Source: Narcine bancroftii
Taxonomy: Eukaryota
Reading direction: 5' to 3'
DNA length: 64,000 nt
Assembly: GCF_036971445.1 (NCBI RefSeq)
Contig: NC_091475.1
Span: forward strand, 26,660,001-26,724,000
Of this stretch, positions 24,888-37,863 are shown one piece after another. The notes beneath the pieces are model-generated. The model ran no database searches and was not told the DNA's origin. It was given only the letters and a program-made list of their open reading frames with translations. Made by a program: the position numbers and the translations under genes. Each line of letters starts with the position of its first letter. The first letter of the stretch is position 1.

Positions 24888-25660
24888 AGCATTGTGAGGT
24901 TTTGCAATTTGGAAGGACAAAGAAAGAAAGTTCATTTAGGTTAAATGGTCAGGCACTGAGGAGTGTGGTAGAACAGAGGGATTTGGGAACACAGATATAT
25001 AATTCCCTGAAAGTGGCATCACAGGTGGATAGGGTTGTAAAGAGAGCTTTTGGCATATTGGCCTTTTTAAATCAAAGTACTGAGTATAGGAGTTGGGATG
25101 TTATGTTAAAGTTGAATAAGACATTGGGTGAGGCCAAATTTGTAGTATTATGTGCAGTTTTGGTGTCTTAAGTGCAGGAAGAGATCAATAAGATTGAACA
25201 AGTGCAGAAAAGATTTACTTGGCTGTTGCTTGGACTTCAGGAACTGAGTTACAGGGAAAGGTTAAACAGGTTAGGACTTTATTCCCTGGAGCGTAGAAGA
25301 ACGAGGGGAGATTTGATAGAGGTATTTAAAATTATGAGGGGATAGACAGAGTAAATGTAGATGGGCTTTTTCCACTGAGTGTAGGTGAGATACAAACTAG
25401 AGGACATGGGTTAAGGCTGAAAGAGGAAAAGTTTAGGGAGAACCTCTTCACATAGAGAGTGGTGGGAGTGTGGAACGAGCTTCCAGCTGAAATTGTGAAT
25501 GCGGGCTCAATTTTAACATTCAAGAAGAATTTGGATGTGTACGTGGATGGGAGAGGTTTGGAGGGCTATGGCCTTGGAGCAGGTCAGTGGGACTAGGCAG
25601 AAAAACTTTCAGCACAGACTAGAATGGCCAAAGGGCTGGTTTCTGTGCTGTATTGTACCA
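24888..25660 (+). mobile_element. CR1 LINE 3' part, decayed
   Basis: Peptides VLQFGR...EQRDLG...QVDRVVKRAFGILAF and GDLIEVFKIMRGIDRV...TRGHGL. Confidence 0.88.
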
Positions 25661-26004
25661 CGGTTAGCTGCAAGGCATTTACAGTTGATATATATGTTAT
25701 CTTCTTTCTCTAAAGTTTTCATGTATATCCACAAAGATTGAAAATCATGAATACACAAGAAACAACACCAATAATATTTATTTTCATGTTTTGACAGTTT
25801 CACTGATTCGGAGGAAAAATTACCATTAACTGTCTGCAAACATTTCCATGGACTATTTTGCTCATGCTTTGCTTTCACATAATTTGTAATGGTTTTGTGT
25901 TATCTCCCTGGAAATGGATCTAACATTTCTCTCATTGCTGATCCAAATTTCCATGAAATAATCCCATTCTATTTCTTTGTTTACTGTTGAAAATAACTAA
26001 GACG

Positions 26005-27032
26005 CATCTTCCTTCTTCAAACAATGTAGCATCCCCTCTACCACCATCAGCCCGGCCCTCACCTACATATCCTCCATTACCCGCACATCTGCTCTGGCCC
26101 CTTCTGCCCCCACAAGGATTACCCTTGTCCTCACCTACCTTGGCAACAGCTTCCGCATCCAACACATCCTCCTCCGCCATTTCTGCCACCTAATACATGA
26201 TCCCACCACAAGATACCTATTTACCTCTCCTTCCCACAGGACCACTCCCTCTGTGACTTCCTCATGCACTCCACCCTCCCCACCAATTGTCCCCTTGGCA
26301 CCTACCCCTGTGACCACAGGAGGTGCTCCACTTGCACCCACACCTCCTTGCTCACCACCATTCAGGGCTTCAAACAGTCCCTCCAAGTGAAGTAACATTT
26401 CACTTGTGAATCTGCAGAGGTCATCTACTGCATCCAGTGCTCCTGTTGTGGCATCAGAAAGACTGGATAGAATCTGGGATATCGCTTCATTGAGCACCTC
26501 AGCTCTGTCTGCCACAATAGTGTGGATCTCCCAGTGACCACCCATTTCAATCCCCCTCCCCATTTCCTTGCTAACATGTCTATTGTGTACTGTCAGTCTG
26601 AGACCTCTTGGAATTTGGAGCAACAATGCCTCATCTTCCATCTGGGCACCCTACAACTGGTTGGTATTAACATAAATTTCACCAGTTTCTGTTAAACCCC
26701 CCTCCCACCCCACCCCCCCCCCCCGTTTCCTTTGCTCTAGCTCTGTCTCTCTTCCCTTTCCCCTCTGTCTCTTTTTACAGTCAAAAATCAATTTTCATCT
26801 TTCCTGTCATCATATCCAATTAACACCTTTTGTCTGTTGGTCTGTACTCCTCACTCTCCCACTCTTCCCCCCCCTCCCCCCACCCTTTCTTGCCTCAGTC
26901 TTTAATACAGATGTCTGTATTTTTCTCTCTCATTCCTTGAGGAAGGGCTCAGGCCCTAAACATCAGTAATATATTTTTTCTCCCATGGACATTGTGAGAC
27001 CGGCAGAGTTCCTCTAGCATTCTGTGTTTTGA
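26005..27032 (+). mobile_element. Penelope-like element 3' part (GIY-YIG endonuclease remnant + pLTR)
   Basis: Decayed peptide GTYPCDHRRCSTC...HFTCESAEVIYCIQCSCCG...RFIEHL, then a pyrimidine tract and CCTTGAGGAAGGGCTCAGGCCCTAAAC. Confidence 0.8.
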
Positions 27033-27699
27033 CAGTGTTTGGGCAATACTTGGCTGACATGTGTCGCAAATGCATTTAAACAACAAATTTCATGACCTGT
27101 TCATTAGAATAAATTTCCATTTTGATTCTGAACATTTGCAGTGTGAATTGAGCTAACTACCATATTGCTAAAGGCACTGGCACATCTAAGGCTGTCATCT
27201 GCTGGTATTATCAAGAGCAAAGAGATTGTGATATTAATGAACACACAGTGCTTGCTTGACGCGCAAGGTGCCAAATTAATTTAGCACCGCAACCTGTGCC
27301 ACATGTTGAAGAGAACAGCAATTAGGAGCTGTGACCCTTCCTTCTCCACCATCCACAAATCTGCAGTATTTAGAGGCAATATCAGTCATAAGCCAGCTTG
27401 TTGCTGATTGATTTCTACTGTGTTAGTAAAATAGTATTTGATCAGATTTGTTTTGAGTTTGTAGATGCAACAAAGGGTAGAACTGAAGTACCTCATGTTG
27501 CCAACAAACTTCCACCCCTATTCCCAGACGTCAGAGTTTCAATCTGCATTCCTCTCTGCATGCAGAATGAGGTGAGGTCACAAGAGTAGGACAAATGGGG
27601 AAGGGAGAGAAGGAAGGGGAGAATGGCTACAAGCAGCAGCCCACACCCACCTTCGTAATGTGACTGAGATACTTAAACAGACCTCTACTAGTAACATTT

Positions 27700-28290
27700 C
27701 ATGGTTAGCGTAGCGGGGGGGTCAGTGGAACACTGTTCGAGTGCCAGCGACCAGGGTTTGAATCTGGTGCTGTCTGCAAGGAGTTTGTACATTCTCCCTG
27801 TGTCTACATGGGTTTCCTCCACGTGCTCCGGTTACCTCCTACTGTTCAAAACATACAGGGGTTATAGGTCAATCGATGTACCATAATTTTTCGTGTATAA
27901 TGCAAAAAATTTTGTACTGAAATTAGAGTTCAAAGTTGGGGGGGGGGTCACATTATACATGAGGTTATTATTTTAACAATTTTTTCTGCCAGGTTTAATG
28001 ATAAGTAAGATTATCACCAGCCGCCTACATTGAAGGCAGCACGACTAGGTTGGGGGGGGGGGGGGGTGGAGAAATGGCAGCCTGAATCGGGTTGGGGGAG
28101 AGACGCTAGTGCGACTTGGGTGGGGGAGGGGAGGGGGGGTCGTATTACACACAGGGGTAACATTTTTCTCCCTTTTTCCCCTCAAAAAAAGGGGGTGTCG
28201 CATTATACAGAAAACATAATATAAACAAATATTTATGGTAATTGGGCAGCATGGGCTTGCAGGGCGAAAGGGCCTGTAAATGTACTGAGT
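27700..28290 (+). mobile_element. V-SINE split by a MITE
   Basis: V-core ggagtttgtacattctccctgtgtctacatgggtttcctcc. The sequence resumes at 28241 (attgggcagcatgggc). Confidence 0.7.
27881..28238. mobile_element. Tc1/mariner (Tc2/pogo-like) MITE
   Basis: TA|CCATAATTTTTCGTGTATAA ... AATATTTATGG|TA, with TA duplication at 27879-80 and 28239-40. A related element lies at about 35546-35870. Confidence 0.7.
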
Positions 28291-29143
28291 CTTAATTAAA
28301 TTAAAATTAATTCCTTTGGGTTTATCTAAGCTAGCGACAACCCAAGAGAAACTTGTGATCTGGTGAGTCACATGCTGCATCCAGGAATATAATAGCAAAA
28401 CAAGAGAAGTGGTCACAGTAAAACACAATGCTGGAGAAACTCTGCAGGTTAAACAGTGGACTTTATATAGCAAAGATAAAGATACAGAACCAACATTTCG
28501 GGCTTGCTGTTTGACCTGCTGAGTTTCTCCTGCCTTGGTTTAACTTCAACCACGGTGTCTGTAGACTTTCGTGTTTTATTTGTGGTTAAAGTCACAATGG
28601 ACATGGAGTGTCATTTGCGCAGCACCCTTCTTACTGGAGCAGGAGGTGCATGTGATCGATCTCTATTCTTTGTGCGCCTTTGCATAATGCAGCACATGGG
28701 TCCTTTCTATTCCAGCAGAGCTGAACACAATTCATTTCCTGCTAGTAAAGAGTAGGATGGCATGACAGCAGTAATGTGAATCCAGAATATTAAATCAGAA
28801 TGTACCACAAGCAGATGGGATTGGCTTGCCTAATATCTAGCTGGTGTGTACAGGGTACCTCATGCTGCTCAGGGGTTGTGTACAGGTAAGAGTCATGATA
28901 CTTCATTTTGCAATTATCCTCTGTATCAATGAATTTGACAATCCACAGTAATCTACAATCAGCCAGCAGCTCCATGTACATTTGACCCATGTACCTACAT
29001 CTAAAACTTTGTAATGTCACTGAGCAAGCCACTGATACTTAAAACAGACATGCTGCTAACACTAAAGGGCAAGCACAGTACTCAGAGTGGGTCTTGGCCT
29101 AATGATTGCAGTAAAATTGTGAACACTACAACCCTCACCAAAG

Positions 29144-30760
29144 TCTTCTTCTTTGGCTTGGCTTCGCGGACGAAGATTTATGGAGGGGGTAAAAGTCCAC
29201 GTCAGCTGCAGGCTCGTTTGTGGCTGACAAGTCCGATGCAGGACAGGCAGACACGGTTGCAGCGGCTGCAGGGGAAAATTGGTTGGTTGGGGTTGGGTGT
29301 TGGGTTTTTCCTCCTTTGCCTTTTGTCAGTGAGGTGGGCTCTGCAGTCTTCTTCAAAGGAGGTTGCTGCCCGCCAAACTGTGAGGCGCCAAGATGCACGG
29401 TTTGAGGCGATATCAGCCCACTGGCAGTGGTCAATGTGGCAGGCACCAAGAGATTTCTTTAGGCAGTCCTTGTACCTTTTCTTTGGTGCACCTCTGTCAC
29501 GGTGGCCAGTGGAGAGCTCGCCATATAACACGTTCTTGGGAAGGCGATGGTCCTCCATTCTGGAGACGTGACCCATCCAGCGCAGCTGGATCTTCAGCAG
29601 CGTGGACTTGATGCTGTCGACCTCTGCCATCTCGAGTACTTCGACGTTAGGGATGAAAGCGCTCCAATGGATGTTGAGGATGGTGCGGAGACAACGCTGG
29701 TGGAAGCGTTCTAGGAGCCGTGGGTGATGTCGGTAGAGGACCCATGATTCGGAGCCGAACAGGAGTGTGGGTATGACAACGGCTCTGTATACGCTTATCT
29801 TTGTGAGGTTTTTCAGTTGGTTGTTTTTCCAGACTCTTTTGTGTAGTCTTCCAAAGGCACTATTTGCCTTGGCGAGTCTGTTGTCTATCTCATTGTCGAT
29901 CCTCGCATCTGATGAAATGGTGCAGCCGAGATAGGTAAACTGGTTGACCGTTTTGAGTTTTGTGTGCCCGATGGAGATGTGGGGGGGCTGGTAGTCATGG
30001 TGGGGAGCTGGCTGATGGAGGACCTCAGTTTTCTTCAGGCTGACTTCCAGGCCAAACATTTTGGCAGTTTCCGCAAAGCAGGACGTCAAGCGCTGAAGAG
30101 CTGGCTCTGAATGGGCAACTAAAGCGGCATCGTCTGCAAAGAGTAGTTCACGGACAAGCTTCTCTTGTGTCTTGGTGTGAGCTTGCAGGCGCCTCAGATT
30201 GAAGAGACTGCCATCCGTGCGGTACCGGATGTAAACAGCGTCTTCATTGTTGGGGTCTTTCATGGCTTGGTTCAGCATCATGCTGAAGAAGATTGAAAAG
30301 AGGGTTGGTGCGAGAACACAGCCTTGCTTCACGCCATTGTTAATGGAGAAGGGTTCAGAGAGCTCATTGCTGTATCTGACCGACCTTGTTGGTTTTCGTG
30401 CAGTTGGATAATCATGTTGAGGAACTTTGGGGGACATCCGATGCGCTCTAGTATTTGCCAAAGCCCTTTTCTGCTCACGGTGTCGAAGGCTTTGGTGAGG
30501 TCAACAAAGGTGATGTAGAGTCCTTTGTTTTGTTCTCTGCACTTTTCTTGGAGCTGTCTGAGGGCAAAGACCATGTCAGTAGTTCCTCTGTTTGCGCGAA
30601 AGCCACACTTTGATTCTGGGAGAATATTCTCGGCGACACTAGGTATTATTCTATTTAGTAGAATCCTAGCGAAGATTTTGCCTGCAATGGAGAGCAACGT
30701 GATTCCCCTGTAGCTTGAGCAGTCTGATTTCTCGCCTTTGTTTTTGTACAGGGTGATGAT
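29144..30760 (-). mobile_element. RTE-clade LINE, 5'-truncated, RT domain to C-terminus, one frameshift near 30380
   Basis: Peptides YRGITLLSIAGK...GFRANRGTTD...FVDLTKAFDTV, GVKQGCVLAPTLF, LFADD, FTYLG, QLRWMGHV and a terminal CxxC...H. (GAA)-type tail. Confidence 0.95.
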
Positions 30761-31249
30761 AGAGCAGGCAAAAAAGAGAGCAACTAAGTCGGTGTTATCT
30801 GCAAAAAACAAAGCCACAATGATTAACAGTTTTTCTTCTCTCATCATCTGGCATGACAGTCACAGTATCTATCTAGCCACAATGTAAAAATGAAAACCAC
30901 CATGAAATAACATTTTAAATTAAAGCCTAAAACAATGTCATATGTACATGAAAGTGTCTCGTTGTGCATGTTGCCTGTGTGCCATTTCCTGTTCTAGAGC
31001 AGCAGCTCAGTTTTACTTCAGTATTGCTGCATGCAGTGGTAGACAGCAGAGGCATTTCAGGAGGACCTCACATTGCTGTGGCTCCAGAAGCCTCTGTTTC
31101 AGACTGTGCCATCTGCATGAAAAATAGTACTTTGGATGAGGTGGATGGCAACTCAGAGCAAGGGTGGAGTGAATCAAGTAAGCTATCACCATGAGAAATT
31201 CATGGAAATTTACAGCACAGAAGGACACCATTAATCTGTCAAGTCCACT

Positions 31250-32640
31250 GCTGGAAAATTCATCCTCTCTTCCACACCTGCCCAAATCTGACTGGCACAG
31301 CAGTCCTTATAACCTGTGAGAGCAGAAACTGCTGGAGTACTGTAACATTCCTGTTAATGTAATGCACACTATGAACACAGCAATCTGGCCTTCCACTGCA
31401 GCATAGACATTTGCTGACTGGATGAGGATGGGCTATCAGACTTTGGATCATCAGATGTGTTCATGAAGTGGCCCAGCACTTTTATGGTTGTAGGGATGTT
31501 TTTAAAATTCGACAAAGCTTTCTGCTGAGCCTTCCTGACATTCCATGTAGACCTTTTTGCAGTCTAGCCATTGCATTGGCAGTGAAGAGGATCAGGGTAC
31601 CATCATCTATAATAATTTCCACCCTGCCACACTCCCCAGACTCATTAATGACTACCACTATCTTCTCCTCGAGGATAAGGTGATACTGGTATATTTGTTC
31701 TCAGTCCATATTCTGCAGCTGGCAATTATTCATCTAATTTTTTCTTCTGTACGAGAGTAAAAGGTATTTGCAGATGGCGTGTAAGGTGAGCATACCCATT
31801 AGTATTCTTCTGTAGGTCACCCCAGGAGAGGACTCTTATCATATACCTTGTGTACAACTATGTTCCCCGGGAGTAAACACCAGTGGTGTCATTGTCCCCT
31901 TGTTCTGACTGCTGGACACTTGTGCCTGGTGTTTCACTGTGTACATCCTGCCACCAAATGAAATGTTAAATTTAATGGTGTCAGCATTTATTTGCAGATC
32001 TAATTAAATTAGTTTCTTCTGCACAAAAGTGCATTAAAAAAATTAATATTATATTGATGCATTCTTCCAGTTCCTGGAGACTTTGTCTCTTTTGATGGCA
32101 CAAACAATGCTGGGCACTTCAGGCATTTTATCCTGGAATATTTTGTGTGATGAAATTACCCCATTAGGTACAATCTTCTGTGAGTTTTAATTGTCAAGTA
32201 AGATGGGCACAGGGATGAAACAAGTCCAATTCAGTGACCTTCTTTCCTGTCAGTTCACCACGTACATCTTGAGATGCAAGTCAAGGATATTGTTTGTCAC
32301 CTCTGCGAAGGATCAATATACAACCGCCACAGCCTCATTCAGTCTCATTTGCCATAGGTAGCTCCACGGTGAGGGGTCACTCAGTCACACTTTCACCAGT
32401 AACCCTTGATCTCCTGTTGTTCTGCTTTTATTTCACTTTCAATGCATACAGAACCTGTCTGGGTTTGCAGTAAACAGGTTTAGCACCTTGTTTGTGAACA
32501 TGATGCTCTTTAGAGCCTCAAACATATCTTCATAGTGGGAGTTTTTACACAGGAATTTTGGAATTATTCTGAAAAAAATGAGCATACCTGTGTCTCGATG
32601 TGGTCGATTACACAAGGACACTTTTAGAGTACTTTTACAA
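31250..32640 (-). mobile_element. Heavily decayed Ty3/Gypsy pol remnant
   Basis: Manual translation gives broken motifs in the expected order: YEDMFE..., DKQYP*LASQDVRGELTGKKVTELDLFH (cf. YPLPRIEDL...FTKLDL), GVISSHKIFQDKM (cf. FGVSSAPAIFQ) and TANAMARL (cf. ANADALSRL). Confidence 0.5.
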
Positions 32641-33888
32641 CCTTCCTGTGTTGCAGAGTTTATCAGAGGGGGAACGTTGTATTCATTAGGTCTGTTTCTT
32701 ACGGAGAGGCTGCAGTCATTTTATATTGCAGCTGCTCCATAAAAATAATGGGATGGAACTTCCATAAAAAATTCCATCCCAATATTTTAACACTGCCACT
32801 GGAGCAGAAATTTTCCACTGTTCAGTGACTGTGCCTAATAAAAGCTATGAAGAGATTCTCTTCCACACCTACCCAAATTTGACTGGGATTAATCCATCCA
32901 CTCTCCAATTGAAGATTGCACCAAAGCCAATGGTGAATACCAGTGAACAATAAGGCAATGAAGACCCATTCTGTTCAATGAAGGAAGGCCTTGAGAAACA
33001 ATAATCCCAAATCTAACTAAAATCACAAAGCAAATAAATCAAAAGGCTGGAAACACCAACATTTATTGAAAGAGAAACAAAGCTATCATTTCAGATTAGT
33101 ATGGCAAAGAGTATGTCTTTAATAAACTATGGTCCAGGTTGCCATGGGGATATATTATAAACAAGATCATTTAGCCATCAGGTTAATGTGGAAATTGGAG
33201 GGATTAAATCTGAACAATGAAGGCAGTTAAAAAAAATGGTGAAATGCAGAACTCTGACACGTCCAATGCGTCAGACAGTGGAATAGTGAGAAAGAAAGTC
33301 AATAGCACAAATGGTCTATCCAGTTCTGAAGTGTACAGAAACAAGAAAGTGAATTTACTAAAATTTTACAATTTAAAAGAGACTGGAAGGCTGCAACATT
33401 GCACAGTTGTCAAGGTGCTATTCCTCACGTTTACCTTGGGCCTCTTTGTAACAGTGCAGAAAGCCACAGGCAGGTAGGTTGGTGGGAGGGGATGACAAAT
33501 CAAAATGGCAGGCCGTTGAAATTAAGACAAATGCTCCAAAAGTAGTTACCCGATCTACATTTGCTTCGTCCAATGTACAGGAGACAATATTACAAACATT
33601 GAATTCTGATTGGAACTGCAAGGGGCAGTTTCCTTCATGACTCCCTCGTCCACTCTTGCATCTTCACCAACCACTCCTATTCATGCAGCATTTCTCACAC
33701 AACCTTTTCCCCTTCCACTTATCTGGACCCAAACAGACCTTCCAGTAATTTACTTCCCTTTTTCAATTTGGTTTATGCAACACACAGGAAACCATAATAT
33801 AAACACCTTGCGTTGGCCATAGCATTCATATTGTGGTTTCCTATGTGTTGTAGAAACCAAACACAGACTGTGTAACTGCTTTACAGGG

Positions 33889-34109
33889 TGTAATGCGCAT
33901 CAAAAGAACCAAAGACTTGTTGATCCAAACCAAGACTTTTATTAACTAAAAGACTGGAGCATATCACAGAATGACCTGGTCTGGCTGGGAGCAATCCTTT
34001 AAGACCTGCCAGGAGGTGTGGCTACACTCTCAGCCAATCACAGTCATCCGACACTACCATCTGTACATATGTACATATACACATTGGTGATAGAATCTGT
34101 ACTATCACA
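33889..34109 (-). mobile_element. Solo LTR (221 bp) inside a Penelope-like remnant
   Basis: TG...CA ends, 5-bp TSD CAGGG (33884-33888 and 34110-34114), and minus-strand AATAAA at 33938-33943. Confidence 0.85.
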
Positions 34110-34269
34110 CAGGGCACTTTCTTTTCCACTCTAAACTACCTGTCTGTAGCCTCCGGAACTGTTGTAATGTGGCCCAATGAGAGCTTGAGGAACAGAAACT
34201 CATCATATGTCTGCGTATTGTTGTAGCCTTCTTTAAATATGGTTGTGATGTATTTACAGTAATTGCATT

Positions 34270-36340
34270 TTTCCCTCAATCTCCTGTCTCCCTCTACACC
34301 TTTTTAGTACCTGCCCAAAAGCCTTCGAAAAGCTGTGATAGTATCTACCTCCACTACCTTTTTGGCAACTTTCTAGATATTCACTACCATTTACAGTATA
34401 TGAATTCCTAGCCCTTAGATCTACTTTGAAGATTTCCCCTCTCATCTTAAACTGCTATCTCCTAGATTCTATCAATCCTATCTGTCCCTTATAAAATTCT
34501 AAAACTCTAAAAGATACTTGTCAGCCTCCTACATTCTAGTGAGAGTTCCAACTCAAATCTCTCCTTATAACTGCAGTTCTCCCCCCCTCACCCCATTCCA
34601 GGAAGCATCCTGGTGAATTTCTTCTGCACTTTCTCTATTGTCACTATATCTGTGTCATGCCCAGAAATGTACACAAAACTGTACATGAAGAAAGGTTGCA
34701 AATAGAGTGGGTGATTGTGCCATCAAACCAACTCGGGAAAAGACAATGTTTTGTCCAGCTGTAACAGAATGTTCCAACTCTTACATCCAATGCTTAGGCT
34801 TATGGACCCCCCCCACCCCCCACCCCGTCTCTCCACCATTTGCTATTTACATTTTCAAGAATTTGACCTCCCAAAATTAATTAGTTCACACTCGTCTGTA
34901 TAAATTTATTCTGCCATTGCTCCATCTAATTTTCTAGCTGATGTTTTTTCAGATGGTTCCTTAGACAACTTTTTAAAAAAACTATATAGGATTCTGACAA
35001 TTTTCATGTCATCTGCAAACTAACCCCTTGCATTATCATTAAAATCACATATCTATTACAAATAACAAAGATTCCAGCAACTATCCCAAATTCCCAGTGA
35101 GAAAAAACCCTCCCCACACCTATTCACCAGGACCCTCTGTCTCTTATCACCTGGCCAATTTTGAATCCAATGGAGCCACACCTCCGTCTTTTACTAGATC
35201 CCAGTTCTACTGAATGTCTGGCACCCTTTAATCTTCAGGTCCCAAACTAATCCATTCTGCAGCCAAGTCTTCACGATGGCTATCAAATCATATTTAGTTT
35301 TCGGCGTACTTGTTTTTAATGTTACATTCGTTTAGATAAAGAGCCTTTAGTTTTGTTCTTTGAATCTTTTTGTAATCTCTAGTCTTTTGATTCTCACGAA
35401 TTTAAGGCAACCTTTTCCCGAGTTGGTTTGATGGCACAATCACCCACTCTAATTGCAACCTTTCTTCATGAAGGAGGACCATGCAAACCATGTGTCCAAA
35501 AGTTCTTGGAAACTCATCAAAATGTGTACACTCACATTTAAGGTACCACATATCTTCATGTTATAGTTGACCCAGTGTAAAAGTCAAGCCCCCTTTTTTT
35601 GGCCCCAAATCACTATTTTCCGTATATCCCATATGAAAGTTGATCCCCTGTTTTGGACCCGACTGACCGCCCACCTATCCTAGCTCCTGATGTTCTGACC
35701 GTGGATCCTCGCCCCAATGCCTTGACCGTGGGTCCTAGCCTTGGCTGTCCGCCCACCGGAGCTCCAGGTGCCCTGAACGGTGCAGGTACTCACCATGGTC
35801 AAGAGTAGTATCCATATAAATTTGACCTGAAAAATTGGTCCCAAAACTCAATTAGAACACGGGTCTATCTTTCTCCTTGCATTTCACACCACTTTTGGTC
35901 ACTTGTATCCTTTTCCACAGGCCATGTCATCAACTTTTTGTTACATCATCACTTATGTTGTTACACTATTTAAAGTGTGCTCCTTAACATTGCTCCTCAG
36001 TTCAGTAATGCATAGGTCCCTTCTATGGTTTTCAACAGCCATAATTTTCCTTCCACAGAACTGCCACAAATGATTTGTTTTGAACGACTTCATAATTTCT
36101 CGTCTCCCCTGACTTATTAACGGTTCCAAACTGATAACTTTTCACAAACTCGGATGATACCTAGTCGCTTCCTGTTAAATGAGATCTTGATTATCCTGTG
36201 GGGCGCAGTTAATTCTTCCAATGCTGCATGAATAGGGAGTTCTATTTCCACCAATAGGATCCTCTCTTCTATCATTGTCTAGCCTTAAACCTTGTCCACA
36301 CCCTCTACTCTGACATCATAAGTGGCCCAGAACAGTGGCT
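34270..36340 (-). mobile_element. Ancient CR1 remnant (possible ORF1 traces, endonuclease start, 3' pieces)
   Basis: Minus-strand ALYLNE...KYDLIAIVKTWLQ...GGVA at about 35170-35345, and CR1 3' sequence at 34270-34800. Confidence 0.55.
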
Positions 36341-37863
36341 AATGTTAGTGGTATGACAGCTTTTGTTTGATATCTCTCGTGTTCCCCCACACCTTGATGA
36401 AGAACTCAAGTCCAAAACACTGGCGATGTATCTTTATCTTTGCTACATAAAGGCACTGTTTAACCTGCTGTGTTTCTCCAGCATTTGTCTGTGTATTGTT
36501 GTAGCCTTCTTTAAATATGGTTGTGATGTATTTACAGTAATTGTGTGTTTTTTGTAAATATAGCAAGTCAGACCATGCTCCAGGCAGTAATCTCCACATT
36601 TCAGATGTATGAAGTCCTCCTATGCTCTTTTGTAAATGTCAAGATTTCCAATTTAATCTGTCTGGGACTGGGCTCCCATTTGAATGTTCTTCCAGTTGAC
36701 AGTTACTTGGCTTGTGTCTTTATCATCTTTTGCTTCATAAAGGTCTTTTGAAATGGAAAAATAAATGATCAGTCCAAAGAGCAATTACAGATGGACAATA
36801 AATGCTGCCTTCCAGCAATGTCCACATCCTGTGAAATAAATGTAAGTAGATGAAATTCAGCTGCCTGATACATTCATCCTTGATTTATTGTTGCTGCTTA
36901 TTGTAACAGAGAGGCAGTTGGGAGTAAGGATGATGGAAAGAATAATGGGAGTACAGAGTGATGTGGCTAAAAAGGATGGATTAGATTGGAGCATTTTAAG
37001 GAGCTGTTCTCTGAAGCTCTGGCAGTCAGGAGTACTGAACAACATTGATTGTTTTTGACCTGCTTTATTTACCAATGCTCAAGTGGTGATAGGGGTTACT
37101 CCCTCAATGCCACAAAGTTATGGAACATGTCGTAGACAATCTCCAAGCTGGATTCCTGCAATACTCCCCAGGATGGTTTGAGAATGGAAGAATCATTTCA
37201 GCATGCCCCTTGATTGCCTAGTTATCTTTCCTGCAATGGTTCAGTCTGTTAAAAGTTAAGCCCAATGGGCTTATTCTTTGGCAACTAAGACTTAGTCTGA
37301 TGGACTTGGCATCCTGATGGAACAATAGCAGCACAGAAAAATAATGCAGGATATAATCACATTGGACAACAAAGATTTTGGGTGTATTTTATGGACTTCG
37401 GGCTGATGATTGCAAAAATCACTTTAAAATGTCCAAAAGACATGGGGCCCGGTTATGGATATTATCATAATCTTAAGATTTTTTAGTGTTGTTCTGGAAT
37501 TTTGGTGCGGTGTTGTCCCTCTTGAAGTTGGTGTCACATGATTCATAAATGACAACTTTCAACCTTGCTTAGAGGAAGGGGTTTTGATTTTTTTTATTTT
37601 TGGGTTTCTTTTTGTTGTTTAATCTTATTTTATTTGTTACGATTGTCGTCTGTGCTCTGGATTCCTTGTTATGTGAATAGTGTACAATTCTTTATATTTT
37701 TTTCCTTTTTTCTGAATCTTGTACCACATTGTATAATTGTACTGTTCAATTGTTTATATTGTAAAACATTGATAAAAAATATTTTAAAAAGAAAGTTTTC
37801 CTATTATGTACCTTTTTTAAGATATAACTTATTTTTGTGATTTCCAATCATATTTTAAGATGA

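Noticed and set aside
30964-31194. SVLLHAVVDSRG...SVSDCAICMKNSTL resembling a Harbinger DDE segment
   Set aside because: The match is short, with no flanking IDG or LGDSAY motifs and no TIRs. It could be chance and needs an HMM search.
32735-32790. Hairpin (atgggatggaa...ttccatcccaat) as a miRNA precursor
   Set aside because: The stem is short and sits in a larger degenerate palindrome, more likely a MITE remnant. There is no expression evidence.
35340-36340. Possible endogenous viral element (coding-like, no ORF)
   Set aside because: It is contiguous with a CR1 endonuclease start and better explained as decayed CR1 ORF1.
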